A DNA stretch of 64,000 bases from Podarcis melisellensis (lineage: Eukaryota): NCBI GenBank assembly GCA_964234715.1, contig OZ174277.1, one strand, 5' to 3'. The position numbers and the translations under genes are program-made. Below the pieces are notes generated by a model. That model saw only the letters and a program-made list of their open reading frames with translations, searched no databases and was not told the DNA's origin. Positions 13,275 through 26,261 of this stretch are shown here, in pieces. Within the stretch, counting starts at the first letter, position 1, and every line of letters starts with the position of its first letter.

Positions 13275-13290
13275 CTGCCATCTGGTGGTA
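13275..13290 (-). promoter_or_regulatory. Candidate CTCF binding site between the GREM2 and FMN2 3' ends
   Basis: Minus strand TACCACCAGATGGCAG matches the CTCF core consensus CCASYAGRKGGCR, in sequence with no recognisable repeat. Confidence 0.55.
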
Positions 13291-14419
13291 AATATACTAA
13301 TCAGTCAAATACAGGTTGTCATATTGTTCAAAAATATGTCCAACACATAAAAACATTTCATGAGAACGAATTCCCCTTTGAGTAGAGTTCCCCCTTTTCT
13401 CACCAGTATTTCCTTGTCACCCATCACATGGGAAGTTCCTTCCAATACATTTGATTTTGAGTTTCCAGTTCAACCTAACGGATTTGCAATTTTAATTGGG
13501 CAGCCAGTGCTGGCTGCAAGCAGAAGGGTACAATTCGGCTCCTGAATTCTGCTTGCAACTTGCACTGGCTGCTCAATTAGAATTGCAAATCAGTTATAAT
13601 GGAGCTAGCAACAATAAGACCTCCTCTAATTATTCCACTCTTTGCTAAGGACTTCTCTGCCTGTCTCCACAAAATTGCTGTGTCTGGGTGGGGGGAAAAC
13701 AAGGCATGGAGAATAGAAGAGTTTGCTTTGAAAGAGCCCATTACAACCAATAAATGGACAGCATTCTTTCAAAGGGAGGGCAGATGAGAGTGGTATCAGA
13801 TAACACTTTTTTTTCTTTTTTAGAGTGAATGGGAAATTACTAAATGAGCCAACAGTGTCACACAAATCAGTTAGAGCTGCTAAAGAAGAAAAAGAAAAAA
13901 AGAAAAAGAAAAAAAAAGCTGCTGACTTTAATGTTCTGCACTGCTGTGTTATGTTTAGCTCTATACAAATTGGGTACAGTATGATATAAGCTGGCCCAGG
14001 AAGGAGACTGTAGGTATTTGCATGCAAACCTTGTGGAAAACAAAAGCAGCCCTTACTTGTTCAGGGTTCTCTCTTCATCTTAGCTGCCCTGAACTATTGC
14101 AGTCAAGCATCCAGGATGTGCCCATCAACTGGGGTTGGAATATTGTTTCTGAAACAATATTTCATTTTTTAAAGGACCAGAATTGTACATCAGACACATA
14201 ACCTTTTTCTGTGAGTGCCTAAATCTGAATTAAATGAAACATCCAATGTAATGTCAGTGAACTAGATCCATTCCTTCCCTCCCCCTGCAGCCTCACCCCC
14301 CCCACATGTTCTGGAAGGTCCCCTGAAGACTTGTAACAGATCTGGAGGAGTGATGAGTGGTGGCAGACATTTGTGCCAGCAGAAGTCAGTTGTGCAAGTG
14401 GGGCACCACATTTGGATAT

Positions 14420-16923
14420 CAATCTTAGGATTTATTTTTTATGCTAACCATTTGTGATGCTGCATAGTAAAGCAGATAGCAAATGCAGTAACACAAAATG
14501 TTTTATGTTGGGCACAAATAGGAATATAGTCGGGAAAGGACATACATGCCATCCTAAAGGATTTTGCAACTGTTCTATCCATGTGTACAAAAGTCATAAC
14601 TTGTTTTAAACTTTTTAATATTGTTGGTTCATGTTGCCACTCTCTATGGGACCTTAGGGTGAAGGGTGGGTAAATAATAATACCAGTTTGAAACATGGGT
14701 AGGAGCTGGGTAAGAGCGCACGCACGCATGCACGCACGCACGCACACACACACACATTGCTTGCTTCTTCCTTAGTCTTGGCCCTTGGAAGATGAACGCC
14801 ACACACTATAGTCAAATTCAACTGGACTTAACCATCCAGGGGTCCTTTAGCTTTACATTTTAGTCTATATTTTGGACTGCAAGTTTTTCAGAGCAGTGGC
14901 TTTTAAATATTTCTATCCATTAACAGTTCAGAATTCTTGCAGGTACCAACAGCAATTCAAAATCCCAGTGCAATAAGAGTCCAAAGTACTGTATACACAA
15001 AACAACTTCAATTTCATTATTTGTTTTATTTTTCATATAAATAAACATTCTAAAAAAAATTGGAATAGAAACACTAAATACAGTATTGCACATAGCGATC
15101 TTTGTTAAGTGTAGTATTATTTAATTTAGTATGGCAATAAACATATTGGAGATACTGAAGGGAAGAGGATGGCTACAAAACTTAAACATGCTACAATGTT
15201 TTTAAATGCACTTAAATGAAAGAAAACACAGAAGTTAAAACAGCAAGAGACTATAGCTTACATAAATACAAACATGGGTTTTTCATCAGTGCTATTAAAA
15301 TATCTGTAACTTCTTTATTTGCTCTTCATAGGTCTCTTGTAACAACAATCTTCTCTTTTCTATTTCCCAAGAAATAACTTTATTCCTGACACTGGGGAAA
15401 CAAATAAAGGAACTATCAGGAACTAACCTGAAAGACGAAAACATTTCAGGCTGATCAGTAATCACATAACAGGAAACAATTTCCCCAATGAATGAAAAAT
15501 ATATTTTTAGTGCTTGGCATTTTAAAAAGTCAATTCCTGAGGTCATAATTTATGTAGCCTTTTCAATGCCTGGAACCAGAGACTGACATCTGGACAACCA
15601 GGTATCATGTACTGGGCTACATGGAAAGAGAGAGAAAGTAATTTCAGCAGGTTAGAACTTAAAACCACCTTCCATGCTAAATGGCTTTGGAATCTATGCA
15701 CTTTATCCCGCCCCTCTTAAATTTGGCTGTTTTCAATAACTTTTGAATGTAGATCTATGCTACATTGTGCGGAGGAGGCAGTCTAATCTAGATATGACCA
15801 ATCATTCGGTTGTCTTTATTGGCCGAGATTGAGGTGGCACTGCAACTATTTATGTAGTTTACGGTATGGGCACTCAATAAAATGTAAAGCTGAATTAATC
15901 AATAGTCCTTGCTTTGTCACCAGAAAACTGAGGTTCACAATATCACCCTTGATCATCTGGAAGGATAATAAAAGGGAAGTATTTAGTACTTTACACTGCA
16001 AGACTCAATAGATTTGTAGGAAGCCTACTACAAGTTTCTTGTTACTCTGTAAACTTTTTTATTTAAAAAAAAATGTTTGTAGCAAACCAAAGGCTGTTTA
16101 GTATCCTTCAAATGATTCCTACGCTGTGCTGCAGCCTTGAGTAGCCTTCCTTTGTTTCCATCTTTTGTACATGGATGGGGAAATTATGAACCTCCAGATA
16201 CTGCTAGACTACAGTTCCCATCTTCCCTGACTACTGGCCATGATGGCTGGGGCTTATGGGAGTTGTTGTTTATCATCATTTGAAAAATCACAAATTCCCC
16301 ACTCCTGCTTTATTATGTGGCAGAAAATGCAGAGATAATGTCCCACCTTGTCAACTGTAAAGATTTGCTGTGCTGAACATACCTTGTTTTGGAAATGGAT
16401 TATAGTGTAAAAGGAGCAGTTTACCCATTCAAAATACAGATTACAAATGTCAATATGAAACAGACACGAACAATTCTCAAGAAGTAGCCCTAATCTAAAT
16501 GTAGCACTGCAGTGTATTTGCTCTGGAAAGATCTTGCCAACAGGAATGGAAATGTAGTGCTTGTATGATAGATGTTTATAGTTTCAGTATGTTTAGGGCA
16601 GACTGAATGACTGCCTCTTACACCAGGTGCTTTAGTTATTGTTAGTATTCCTCCAAATACATTGCAAAAGCATATTTGGATGAAAAAGACAGGATGGAGT
16701 GCATGGAAGAGGCATGCCTTAAATTAATAACTTTTATGATTTTGGAAACTCCATACAGCAAATCTGTTTATCAGTGAATGCCCAGCAGATTCTAGTCAGT
16801 GGAAACAGAAACAAATGCAAACATGTCAAGAAAACAAATGGGTCAAGTGATGTAGTCTCCTTCCCCCCAACAGACTTATTGAGTTTATTGAACAGGTGGA
16901 CAATGATGCGTGCCGTTTGACCT
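14420..16923 (-). other. FMN2: Probable FMN2 3'UTR; candidate AATAAA signals (minus strand) at 16058-16063, 15025-15030 and 14431-14436
   Basis: AT-rich sequence downstream of the stop codon with several TTTATT hexamers on +. The true end cannot be fixed from sequence alone. Confidence 0.45.
14717..14756. repeat. (GCAC)n/(AC)n alternating purine-pyrimidine repeat
   Basis: Direct observation. Confidence 0.9.
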
Positions 16924-16950
16924 TCATATTTTCATACTTATCTTCGCTTT
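16924..16950 (-). CDS. FMN2: Formin-2 terminal coding segment (KAKISMKI*), 27 nt including TGA
   Basis: ttttcAG AAA GCG AAG ATA AGT ATG AAA ATA TGA matches the FMN2 C-terminus (KAKISMKT in mammals). Confidence 0.93.
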   Translation of the reverse strand, partial: KAKISMKI

Positions 16951-17594
16951 CTGAAAATGAAAAGGTGAAGAAAATATCAGTTTCAAAATTTCAGAGCAAC
17001 CATGCAGTGAGAACCACAAAAATACAAAAAATGGGTAATCTACCATTTTCCTCTCTTGCAAATAAGACTAAGATTGAAATCCAGTTAAATCAGAATGTCT
17101 GGATGCCAAGCTGAGTTGTTTCCAAAACACTATCTTCAAGTGCAAGAAAGAATGAAAACCATTTAAGTTTCATTAAAAACAGCACCTCCATTTTATGTTA
17201 TCAGTGTCAAATGTCTGAAAACACAGCAAGCACTTTCAGCTTCTGCATATAACAGATCACTGAACCAAGTCCAGTGTCCTAAACCACAGAAGCATTATAC
17301 TCCAAATAGCAATACAACCTTGGGAATATGTTGTGCCCCATGTGCCTTTCTAAGTTTTGTGTTCCAAAATCTCTCAATTTGGGCCTTATCTGCTAATTCC
17401 TAGTAGTTTTTGTTTCATTGGAAAATCAATTTAAGTTTTGTTGCCAATTACAATATGAAGCTCCCATCTGAGAGTACCCAAAGAGCAGGAGGATTTACAG
17501 GGAGCTTGCAATCTAAAATACACACAGGGAAACAACAGAGAAAGGAGCAGAGATGCAAGGATTTCAATATATTAAGTTACATTATGGTATAGGC

Positions 17595-17902
17595 CAGGGG
17601 TCGGCAAACTTTTTCAGCAGGGGGCCGGTCCACTGTCCCTCAGACCTTGTTGGGGGCTGGACTTTTTTTAAAAAAAAATGAACGAATTTCTATGCCCCAC
17701 AAATAACCCAGAGATGCATTTTAAATAAAAGCACACATTCTACTCATGTAAAAACACCAAGCAGGCCCCAGAAATAACCCAGATATGCAGTTTAAATTAA
17801 AGGACTTATTCTACTCGTGTAAAAACACGCTGATTCCCGGGTCTGATTTAGAAGGCGATTGGGCCAGATCTGGCCCCTGGGGCCTTAGTTTGCCTACCCA
17901 TG
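17595..17902. mobile_element. hAT non-autonomous element in the last FMN2 intron
   Basis: TIRs caggggtcggcaaact / agtttgcctacccatg. 8-bp TSD gtataggc/gtataggg. Internal ~70-bp direct repeat (aaataacccaga...ttctactc.tgtaaaaacac). Confidence 0.85.
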
Positions 17903-18183
17903 GTATAGGGACTCTGGGGTAATCCAAAGCCTTGTTGGAAAGGGGGTGATTTGAGTAAATTAAAGGAGATAAGGGAGGTGGTCATACAGAGATGGTTCCA
18001 AGAGGCAGCTCCAGGTATAAAGGGTATGAACGGAAAATGGGTAGAGTCATTAAGTGAGTTTCAACATTTTTTGTTTTACTGATACTAAGAGGAAATGATG
18101 AGGATTCCTGCTCAGAAACCTTAACAGGAGGAGAACACTCATACATAACAGGGACAAAAAAACCATAAGTGAACTATACTTAC

Positions 18184-18265
18184 AATTCCAGAATCGTGCT
18201 TTTGTTTTATATTGTAAAGAGATTTCCCCTTTTTCTGTCTACATACTTCTTCCGCTTCTTTTAGT
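18184..18265 (-). CDS. FMN2: Formin-2 penultimate coding exon ([28 protein letters not shown]), 82 nt, phase 2/0
   Basis: Manual translation. Acceptor ttgcAG, donor GTaagt. Start of the FSI tail. Confidence 0.95.
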
Positions 18266-20228
18266 CTGCAACACATTTAATTGATTCACCAAATCAAAAC
18301 CACTTGTGAAGGCTGAATAACACGTGAAGGACAGCTCAAGGACAATATTTTTCAACATACAATAATTCTGAAGGCTTGCTGAATATAAATGATAAGCGAT
18401 ATTGCCAATAAAAGCCCATCTGCTGCAAGGAGACATGCAAACTGTAACAGTTGTTGTATGCAAATATGATATTCCTGAATGTACTGTTCTGTTGTACCTA
18501 ATGCCCCATAGTTGAGAATGAGAATGATAATACTAGATATACAAAGTTCCATTACATCTCTCATACTCTTTACATTTTAATTCCCTTGCCCAATTCCCTT
18601 ACCCAATTCCCTTGCGTTTATTTATTGCTTTATGTGCTGTAGTTATCTGACAAGTGATTTCTGCATTACCAGTAATTCCTTTGCCTAATGATTAAATTAT
18701 TCTAAGAAACTCTTGAAATTGTTGATCATAAATCACAATGCATTTTTGGAGGTTGAATCTGAACCTGTTTTACTGTAGAACATAATTCCACTTCTGACAG
18801 GAATTCTCCATTAACAACCCAATTGGGTCACTAGAGCCCCATAACTTTATTGTTAAAAACCCAGCTTCAGCAGTCCATAAAGAAAATGATGGTTCTAACA
18901 TGAGAAAACAACAACAGCAACAATATGAAAAGAAAATGAGAAATAACTGCTATATTTATTTAACTTGTTTCATAAAATTTATACACCTCTTAATTTTTAA
19001 AAAAACCTCAAAGCGGTTTACAAAAAGATAAAACTGAGAAAAATTCACAACCATACTTTGAAACATATAGAAGCTAACATATCAAAACAGTTTAAAATTA
19101 CCTCAACTTTCAAATAACTTGTGTAGGCTTGTCTAAACAAGAATGTTTACTGCTCTCCAGTTTTATGTTTAGGAGGCCATTACTATGACAAGGATATCAG
19201 ATCCCCAGAAGATCACTTTTGAATGATATTTTGAACATTCTCATTTTCAAAAACATCTTTGAATATGAACATTTTATTGAGCATCTAAACCAGAGGTGGA
19301 CTACAATTCCCACCAGCCCTAGCCAGCATGACCAATGGTCAGGGATTATGGGTGCTGTAGTCCACACTACCTGCAGGGTATCCCTGATTTAAACAGAAAA
19401 ACAAGAACAGTTGAAATATGTAATTAAAAGTGAGCTACTTGATAGTTCTCACATTGTTTCTATATCCTTAGCTTGTTTGTCATCACATTGTCCAACTTGC
19501 CTTTTCTATAATCCTGAGGACTATAATTTTAAAAGAAGTAAGAATTCACATGAATAAAAAAGGAGCCTATGGCATGCTTTATGCTATGTACGGGAGGCAG
19601 GCTGTCCTCCCCTGAGTAACAATATATCATGCTAATCTCTCTACAGCATCCTTACCATCTTTTCTCCTTCAGGTTTATTGTTCTCATGAGAAGAACTCCT
19701 TTGCTTTGGCTGCCATACCATACTTTCCAGACAATTGTTTTTCTTACTTACAAGCTCGTTTATTCAGATATGTAAGCAAGTGGTTAACAGTTGTAGGGAA
19801 AGAACAGAGCATTTCAGGAGACAGCATGGCTGGGTACTAGCACTCCTGGAAGCTGTCTGAGACTAGTTTAGATGGAAAAATCTGCAGACTGGTCCAACAC
19901 ATACACAAAGAAAATATTTAAAAAAACTGCAGCAGAGAAGTTATTGTTCTGATTCCCTCCAAACAGCAGTGTGGTAAAGTGGGCCAATTGAATATAATTT
20001 ATCGTCTTAGATGGGCTCTCACCACAGACTGAAATATTAAAAGGGCCCAAAGCCACAAATAGAAAATAAGTGACCCTATCAATGAAAAGCTGAATTGTAC
20101 ATGCGTACCTCAGTAGGAGGAAATGACAATTTCCTCAGTGCCAAACAAGGTATGGCCTAAACGAAAGGAACTCAAATATTCTCATGTTGCTATTTTGCTT
20201 GTGGTTGTTTCACATTTTATAGCTGTTG

Positions 20229-20230
<2 letters not shown>

Positions 20231-20273
<43 letters not shown>
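20231..20273. repeat. (ATT)n microsatellite
   Basis: Direct observation. Confidence 0.95.
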
Positions 20274-20276
<3 letters not shown>

Positions 20277-23200
20277 TGGAGCTGGTTTTCATATTGTTTT
20301 GTGAACCACCTAAGCAGCTCTGATAGGGTAAAAAGAGACTTTATAAAAAGTAGTAAATCAATAGTTCCAGTGTGCGGAAAAGTATGTGAAGCTTCACAAC
20401 ATCATCACCCCTCCACTGCCCCCTATTGTGATGACTAGAACTCCAGATGTGCTGGGCAGGACCAGAAAAGGAATGGGCAGGAGGAGTCACAGGTGCCCAC
20501 ATGGCAAGATATGTGAGTTCCACATACAAGTGACACTTGCACCTCTTGACCGGGTGATGCTATGGAATATCTGCTTGGTGACCCATGTGCAAGTCCTACA
20601 AATGGAAGCACAAGTCATCATTTCCCAGAATGTGTGACGTGGCTCTAACCTTCAATCCTGTAGTGATTTAGAAGACCACCCCATAATATAAAATCACCTT
20701 AACCAACGGAAATTGTTTTGATAGTAATCAAGTACAACTTGCACCAAACAAATCATCGTGGAGGAATTCCATCGTGGAGGAATAAAACCCAAGTTTCTTT
20801 CCAAAATCCCAATGGACCTAGAGGAAATGGCCTAGTTTCCTCATTATATTGAACTATCGTGTTTCAAGTATTCTTCTGCACACAGGCCAGCAGAATTCCT
20901 GCCACCACTCACTGGCTGTTGTCTACCAGTGGGTAGATTGGAAATGTCTTTCAGTTCTCACTTTTTACTTCCTGTAAAAATGTGCCTGTGGCTCCTGTCT
21001 CCAAGCACACCTTTCCTACATGTAGGACATGTCACCATTTATCAACACTGCCCCTAAGTGTACCCAAGCACACATGACCACAGGTGACTGGAAGATCCCC
21101 ACCACCACATGCCATTGCCACCTCATCCGTTTCTCCCCTGATTCTACAGGGTCAAAAATTGGGATTATTCCCTATGGATATTTGGCATTTCCTGAACATT
21201 ATGGGTTATTCCTCACAAGGACGTTTGAATTTAATATTTAATATTGTCTAGGGCTGGATAGGAAGAGTAAACTGTTTTGGTTCTTTTTACATTATCTGGT
21301 TTATTCTTCATACCTTTCATTTCCAATATTAATTAATTAAGTTTTAAAAGTATTTTAACCCAGGTGTTACTGCATGCTTCTGGCAATCTTTCCCCTGTGT
21401 GCCAGACTGCGCTTTGATGCTACATACTTAGCCGAACAAGAAATTAAGGTAGAAACCAGCTGAACTCTACTTGTAACTTGGAATTAGCTGCTAATTGCCC
21501 CCTCCCTGGTTGAAAATTAACATGCACCTCATGTGTGTGTGTCATACTATATTTTTTTAAAAAAAATTAGCTGGTTACCAGGCATGTGGTTCAAAAGATT
21601 TTCCAATTCTGTCCTTGAATAAAGTGTGGATAGATAGCAGAGGGTTAACCTAAACAAAGGGAACTGTTCCTTGTTTCCATCATAATTAAGTTGTTTTCCC
21701 CCCAGCACTTTTACCTCTCTATCCTTCTTATTTATTGTCAGGCAAATGTATACAAAATGTTCACTATGATTAAGTCTGAAAACAGTTTGCAAGATGAATA
21801 AGATAGATACAGGGAAAAGAAACCAGACATTCCTGCAGAATCATTTTATCTATCTTCTACACCAAACACTAGACTGATCATGGGCTTATCATGAGAGAAT
21901 TTCTCCCATCATTCAACCCAGTGAGAAAGAAAGCCACTTCCCTGCCACTAAGCATTAATAATTTTGTCTAAAGAAGTATCTCTGGTAGACAGATTCATTT
22001 CCTACTGGCTCCAAGTTGGCTTGGTGCAGATACCTTTACACTTTGCCAGAGTCTAGTAGTACATGACTAATTTAAACAGACTGACAAGGCTGGAATGTTC
22101 ATGCATTTGGTAGTTGAAGTGGTCACGACAAGCCTTCCAACAATAAGCTAAGGAGTAGCTAACATTACTCTTTTAAAAAAAACATACTTCCAGGATCATA
22201 GCACCAAATTTATCTACTTATTAATTCAGTACTTTCTGGAATAATAATAATAGAATCCAACCACTGCAATTTCAAAACACAGCATGGTTTCTATTTCCTT
22301 TTTAAAATGATGGCTTAAAACATTCTGCATTGATTTCTCAGGATTTCTGATGGCAGATTACTCTTCACATTTGTAGATGGGTATTGAAGATTTGCTTTTA
22401 AATTTAGATCCACTGTACTTACACCCACTTTCATATCCTTAGAATAGAACTTTTATTCACTAACATTAGCCACACTAGTAACATCAAGGGTTGCTTCCAT
22501 GCCATGATTCTTCACCTTTTTTGCTGTTTACTAATCAGTGGCAATTGTCCATCATGGAGAACATTTCCTTCACTGATGCTATAAAATTACTTGGCACTGT
22601 AGCTTGACCTCCAGATCACCTTGTATAAAACTTAATATAAGCATGCTGGTATCTCAGCATAGCAGCAACATTATTCCATCCCAAATAAAATCCTCAACAT
22701 CTTCTATGGGGGTAAGATTGATCTACTTGCGATGGCCCATTCACATGATCCCGGAGTTATTTTGAGACAGTAGTTGCCCTTGCCCTTCCATGTTGCCTCT
22801 CACACCAGAATACAAAGATCAGATGTTCCAGGATTTTTATTTTCACTTTAAAGCAGCATTACTGAAAGGGAGAATCTAGCTTGGGAAAATGATGAGGGGG
22901 AAAAGGATTAACACCCCCTCTCCCAGTGCCCCTGCTCCAATATATTTCAGGCAACTCAGCAGCTTTTAGGCATATATCAAAACACTGGAAGATCCAACTT
23001 TACATTTCCCATGTAACATGTAGTCTGTTCCCTGGATTTAAGAGGAAAGGGAGGTGAAGGCAGCGCACTGTCTGTGGGACCTGAAGTTATTGGGAGGAAG
23101 GGGGCTTTTTCTCCAGGCATCATGGACCAGACTAAAGAAGGGGCAGAAAGAACAGAAGAGCAAACTAGTCAGGAAAGGGGCATGAAAAGGGGTCTTGAGA

Positions 23201-24563
23201 GAAGCAAACACGTATACAGAAAGGAAAAGAAATGGTGAGGCAGAAATTACCACCAGCACCAGTGGCAGTGGCTATGAAAGGTTTAACTCTTGAGCCATAT
23301 GAAGTTTCTCCTTTAAGCAGTTTTGAGGGTTAGGAACTTTGCCACTTCCACTGATCTTGTTACTAAAACTCAAAGTGCACGGGCCCACCCTCCTAACCTT
23401 CCAGCCTTAAACAAACAAACAATTGCAATTCCCTTGTCTCTAGGTGTGTCATCATAAAGTCCAATTTGCTCACTTCTATTCTGAAGGCTAACAAAAGATC
23501 CGTTAGCTTACTTGGAGAGGACGTGCCTCCTGCTACAAGATTAAATGCCCTTCTTTGGAAGAAGCAGTGACAGCTTACCGGCATGCTACTTCCTATGCAA
23601 TACATAGCTACACAATGCCAGACTTTAAATCGTTCAACAGCAAGCTTTAAATCATCCTGCCGAGTAATCTGTAGGGAGACATACCAGTCTTTCTTCAGAG
23701 GGAGATCAATGAGCTGTGGAGACATATTGGCCAGGAATCTCTCCTTTCATCTAGATGTACAACATGACACACCAGGTGCCAGCTTAAGTGCTATTCTTGC
23801 AGGAATGGGCAACTTTTATAGCCAAGGAAGTCCAAGATGCATCTTAGGGTTTGAAAGTGTGGAAGTGGCTGCTAGTCTGAAAAAACTGAATTGGATTTGA
23901 GAAACATAGCATCAAGAATTCAGATAACTTTACTTCAGTTTCTGTTTGTAATAAAATTTATAAGCTTTAGGCGAATTGTTTGCAATTTATTGGAATTTTC
24001 CACCGACTAAAACAATTTGGGGTGAGTGGGGGTGGGTCACAAACCTCCTTTATTTTAGCAAGCTGCAAAGGTTTATCGTTTTTCAGCTATGTAGAAACTC
24101 TTGCAAACATAAATTTATGCATAACTGGGGCTCCTTATATAAGGTAAGGGCAGGATCTGCCTGCACCCAGTGAAGGGGAAAGCCCTGCATCAAACTCAAT
24201 GAATGAAGTGGGGAGTTCAGTGTTACAGCAAGCATCACAAAACATTCTGGGTCTGCCCTTACGCCATATGGTGAAAAACGGACTCCACTGAAGTTACCAG
24301 AGCAGACCTGATGAGAACTGCCCATTGTGAAATCTGTCCATTTATTCCTACTTTCTGTTTACTTTAACCAGTTACTGATCAATATGAAGGCCTGTCCTCT
24401 TACCCACGTATCACATACCAATATTATGAATGGTCACTGCGCTTATAACTCTAACTGAAGCTCTAACTAAATTGTCACAAACTGTACTTTTTGCATTTTT
24501 AAAAACTTTTCAGCTCCATCCTAATACACTGGTGTGAGTGGATAACTAAGGAAAACAATTCTA

Positions 24564-24670
24564 GCACCTGATGAAGTGGGCAATAGTCTATGAAAGCTTA
24601 TGCCATTATATATTTATTAGTCTTTAAGGTGGTGTGGGGAATTCTGTTGTTTCCATGGAGCATAGCTACT
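24564..24670 (+). mobile_element. Older Penelope-like remnant with degenerate hammerhead motif (24564-24603)
   Basis: gcac-CTGATGA-a-gtgggc-aata-gtctat-GAAA-GCTT-atgc, followed by ...tagtctttaaggtg, similar to the downstream motif of the 57953 element. Confidence 0.6.
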
Positions 24671-24687
24671 GTTTAAAAAACAAACAA

Positions 24688-24823
24688 NNNNNNNNNNNNN
24701 NNNNNNNNNNNNNNNNNNNNNNNNNNNNNNNNNNNNNNNNNNNNNNNNNNNNNNNNNNNNNNNNNNNNNNNNNNNNNNNNNNNNNNNNNNNNNNNNNNNN
24801 NNNNNNNNNNNNNNNNNNNNNNN
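24688..24823. other. Assembly gap (136 N)
   Basis: Run of N abutting an L2 element. Confidence 0.99.
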
Positions 24824-25470
24824 CCAGCTCCATCTGGTACGCAGGCTGAGACCCTATCTGCCCGCGGACTCTCTCGCCAGAGTGGTGCATGCTCTGGTTA
24901 TCTCTTGCTTGGACTACTGCAATGCGCTCTATGTGGGGCTACCTTTGAAGGTGACTCGGAAACTACAACTAATCCAGAATGCAGCAGCTAGATTGGTGAC
25001 TGGGAGCGGCTGCTGAGACCACATAATACTGGTCTTGAAAGACCTACGTTGGCTCCCAGTACGTTTCCGAGCACAATTCAAAGTGTTGGTGCTGACCTCT
25101 AAATCCCTAAATGGCCTTGGTCCAGTATATCTGAAGGAGCGTCTTCACCCCCATTGTTCTACCTGGACACTGAGGTTCAGTGCCAAGGGCCTTCTGACAG
25201 TTCCCTCACTGTGAGAAGTGAGGTTACAGGGAACCAGGCAGAGGGCCTTCTCAGTAGTGGCACCCACCCTGTGGTACACCCTCCCACCAGATGTCAAAGA
25301 GAACAACAACTACCAGACTTTTAGAAGACATTTGAAGGCAGCCCTGTTTAGGGAAGCTTTTAATGTTTGGTGCATTACTGTATTTTAATATTTTGTTGGA
25401 AGCTGTCCAGAGTGGCTGGGGAAGCCCAGCCAGATGGGCAGGGTATGTATAAATAAATAAATAAATAAAA
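24824..25470 (+). mobile_element. L2-clade LINE 3' portion (degenerate ORF2 C-terminus plus 3' tail)
   Basis: Translates as QLHLVRRLRPYLPADSLARVVHALVISCLDYCNALYVGLPLKVTRKLQLIQNAAARLV..., an L2 ORF2 signature. Ends in (TAAA)n. The 5' part is lost in the N gap. Confidence 0.9.
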
Positions 25471-25695
25471 TTATCTATTTTATATCTCACTCTTTATCAC
25501 ATGATCTCAGGATGAGGCACAGTGTAAAATCTACTAGCATACAAATACAGGGTTTTCCTTTACTTCCTAGCAGCAATTCTTGCATATTCATACTTTTTAA
25601 CTTAGTTGCTGGGACCAACAGGATTGTATTTTAAAAGTCATGTACAGAGAAATGGAAGAGGCAGCTATAGGGTGATAATACACAGCTTTATTTTT

Positions 25696-25830
25696 GACTC
25701 TCCTTTCTTGGAGGTTTTTAAACAGAGGTTGGATGGCTATCTATCATGGATGCTTTAGCTGAGATTCCTGCATTGCAGTGTGTTGGACTAGATGACTCTT
25801 GGGGTCTCTTTCAGTTCTAAGATTCTATGA
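25696..25830 (+). mobile_element. CR1 LINE 3' end fragment
   Basis: ttggaggtttttaaacagaggttggatggc...ggttggactagatg-like core, ending gattctatga (CR1 terminal octamer). Confidence 0.75.
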
Positions 25831-26040
25831 GTTAAGTGAAGCTGTGGAGGTTCTGAACTGGTGCCTAGATTTGATAATAGGAAGGATGAGGGCCAATAAA
25901 CTGAAACTGAATCCTGATCCAGTGGAGGCACTGAAGGACCCGGGAACTGATGCACAACCAGCTCTGGATTGGGACTGCATTCCCACCAGAGAGAGGAAGT
26001 TTGCAGCTTGACGGTATTTTAGATACAGCATTGTCAAGTG
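25831..26040 (+). mobile_element. Degenerate L2 ORF2 fragment
   Basis: ORF track shows LNWCLDLIIGRMRANKLKLNPD, resembling the L2 WM..NKLKLNP.KTE motif. Confidence 0.65.
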
Positions 26041-26219
26041 GCCCTGAAGAAGTCTTAGAAACTTCAACTAGTACAGAACACAGCTGCCAGAACTTTTACT
26101 GGTATGTGTACTCTAAATAAACAAACATACGTAGTATGCAATAAGCATCAAGCAGACCTGGCAACTGAGCAGTGCCAAAGCCTGAGAAGTCCTGCCTCTT
26201 AGTTTCTGTCTCTCTCTTT

Positions 26220-26221
<2 letters not shown>

Positions 26222-26259
<38 letters not shown>
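26222..26259. repeat. (GT)n microsatellite
   Basis: Direct observation. Confidence 0.95.

Positions 26260-26261
<2 letters not shown>

Noticed and set aside
20674-20682. GLI-like site GACCACCCC
   Set aside because: One mismatch to GACCACCCA and isolated, so not supportable alone.
24300-24345. CTGATGA...GAAA spaced like a hammerhead core
   Set aside because: The intervening sequence cannot form stem II and no stem I partner is evident.
24634-24890. ORFs containing X runs
   Set aside because: Artefacts of the N gap.
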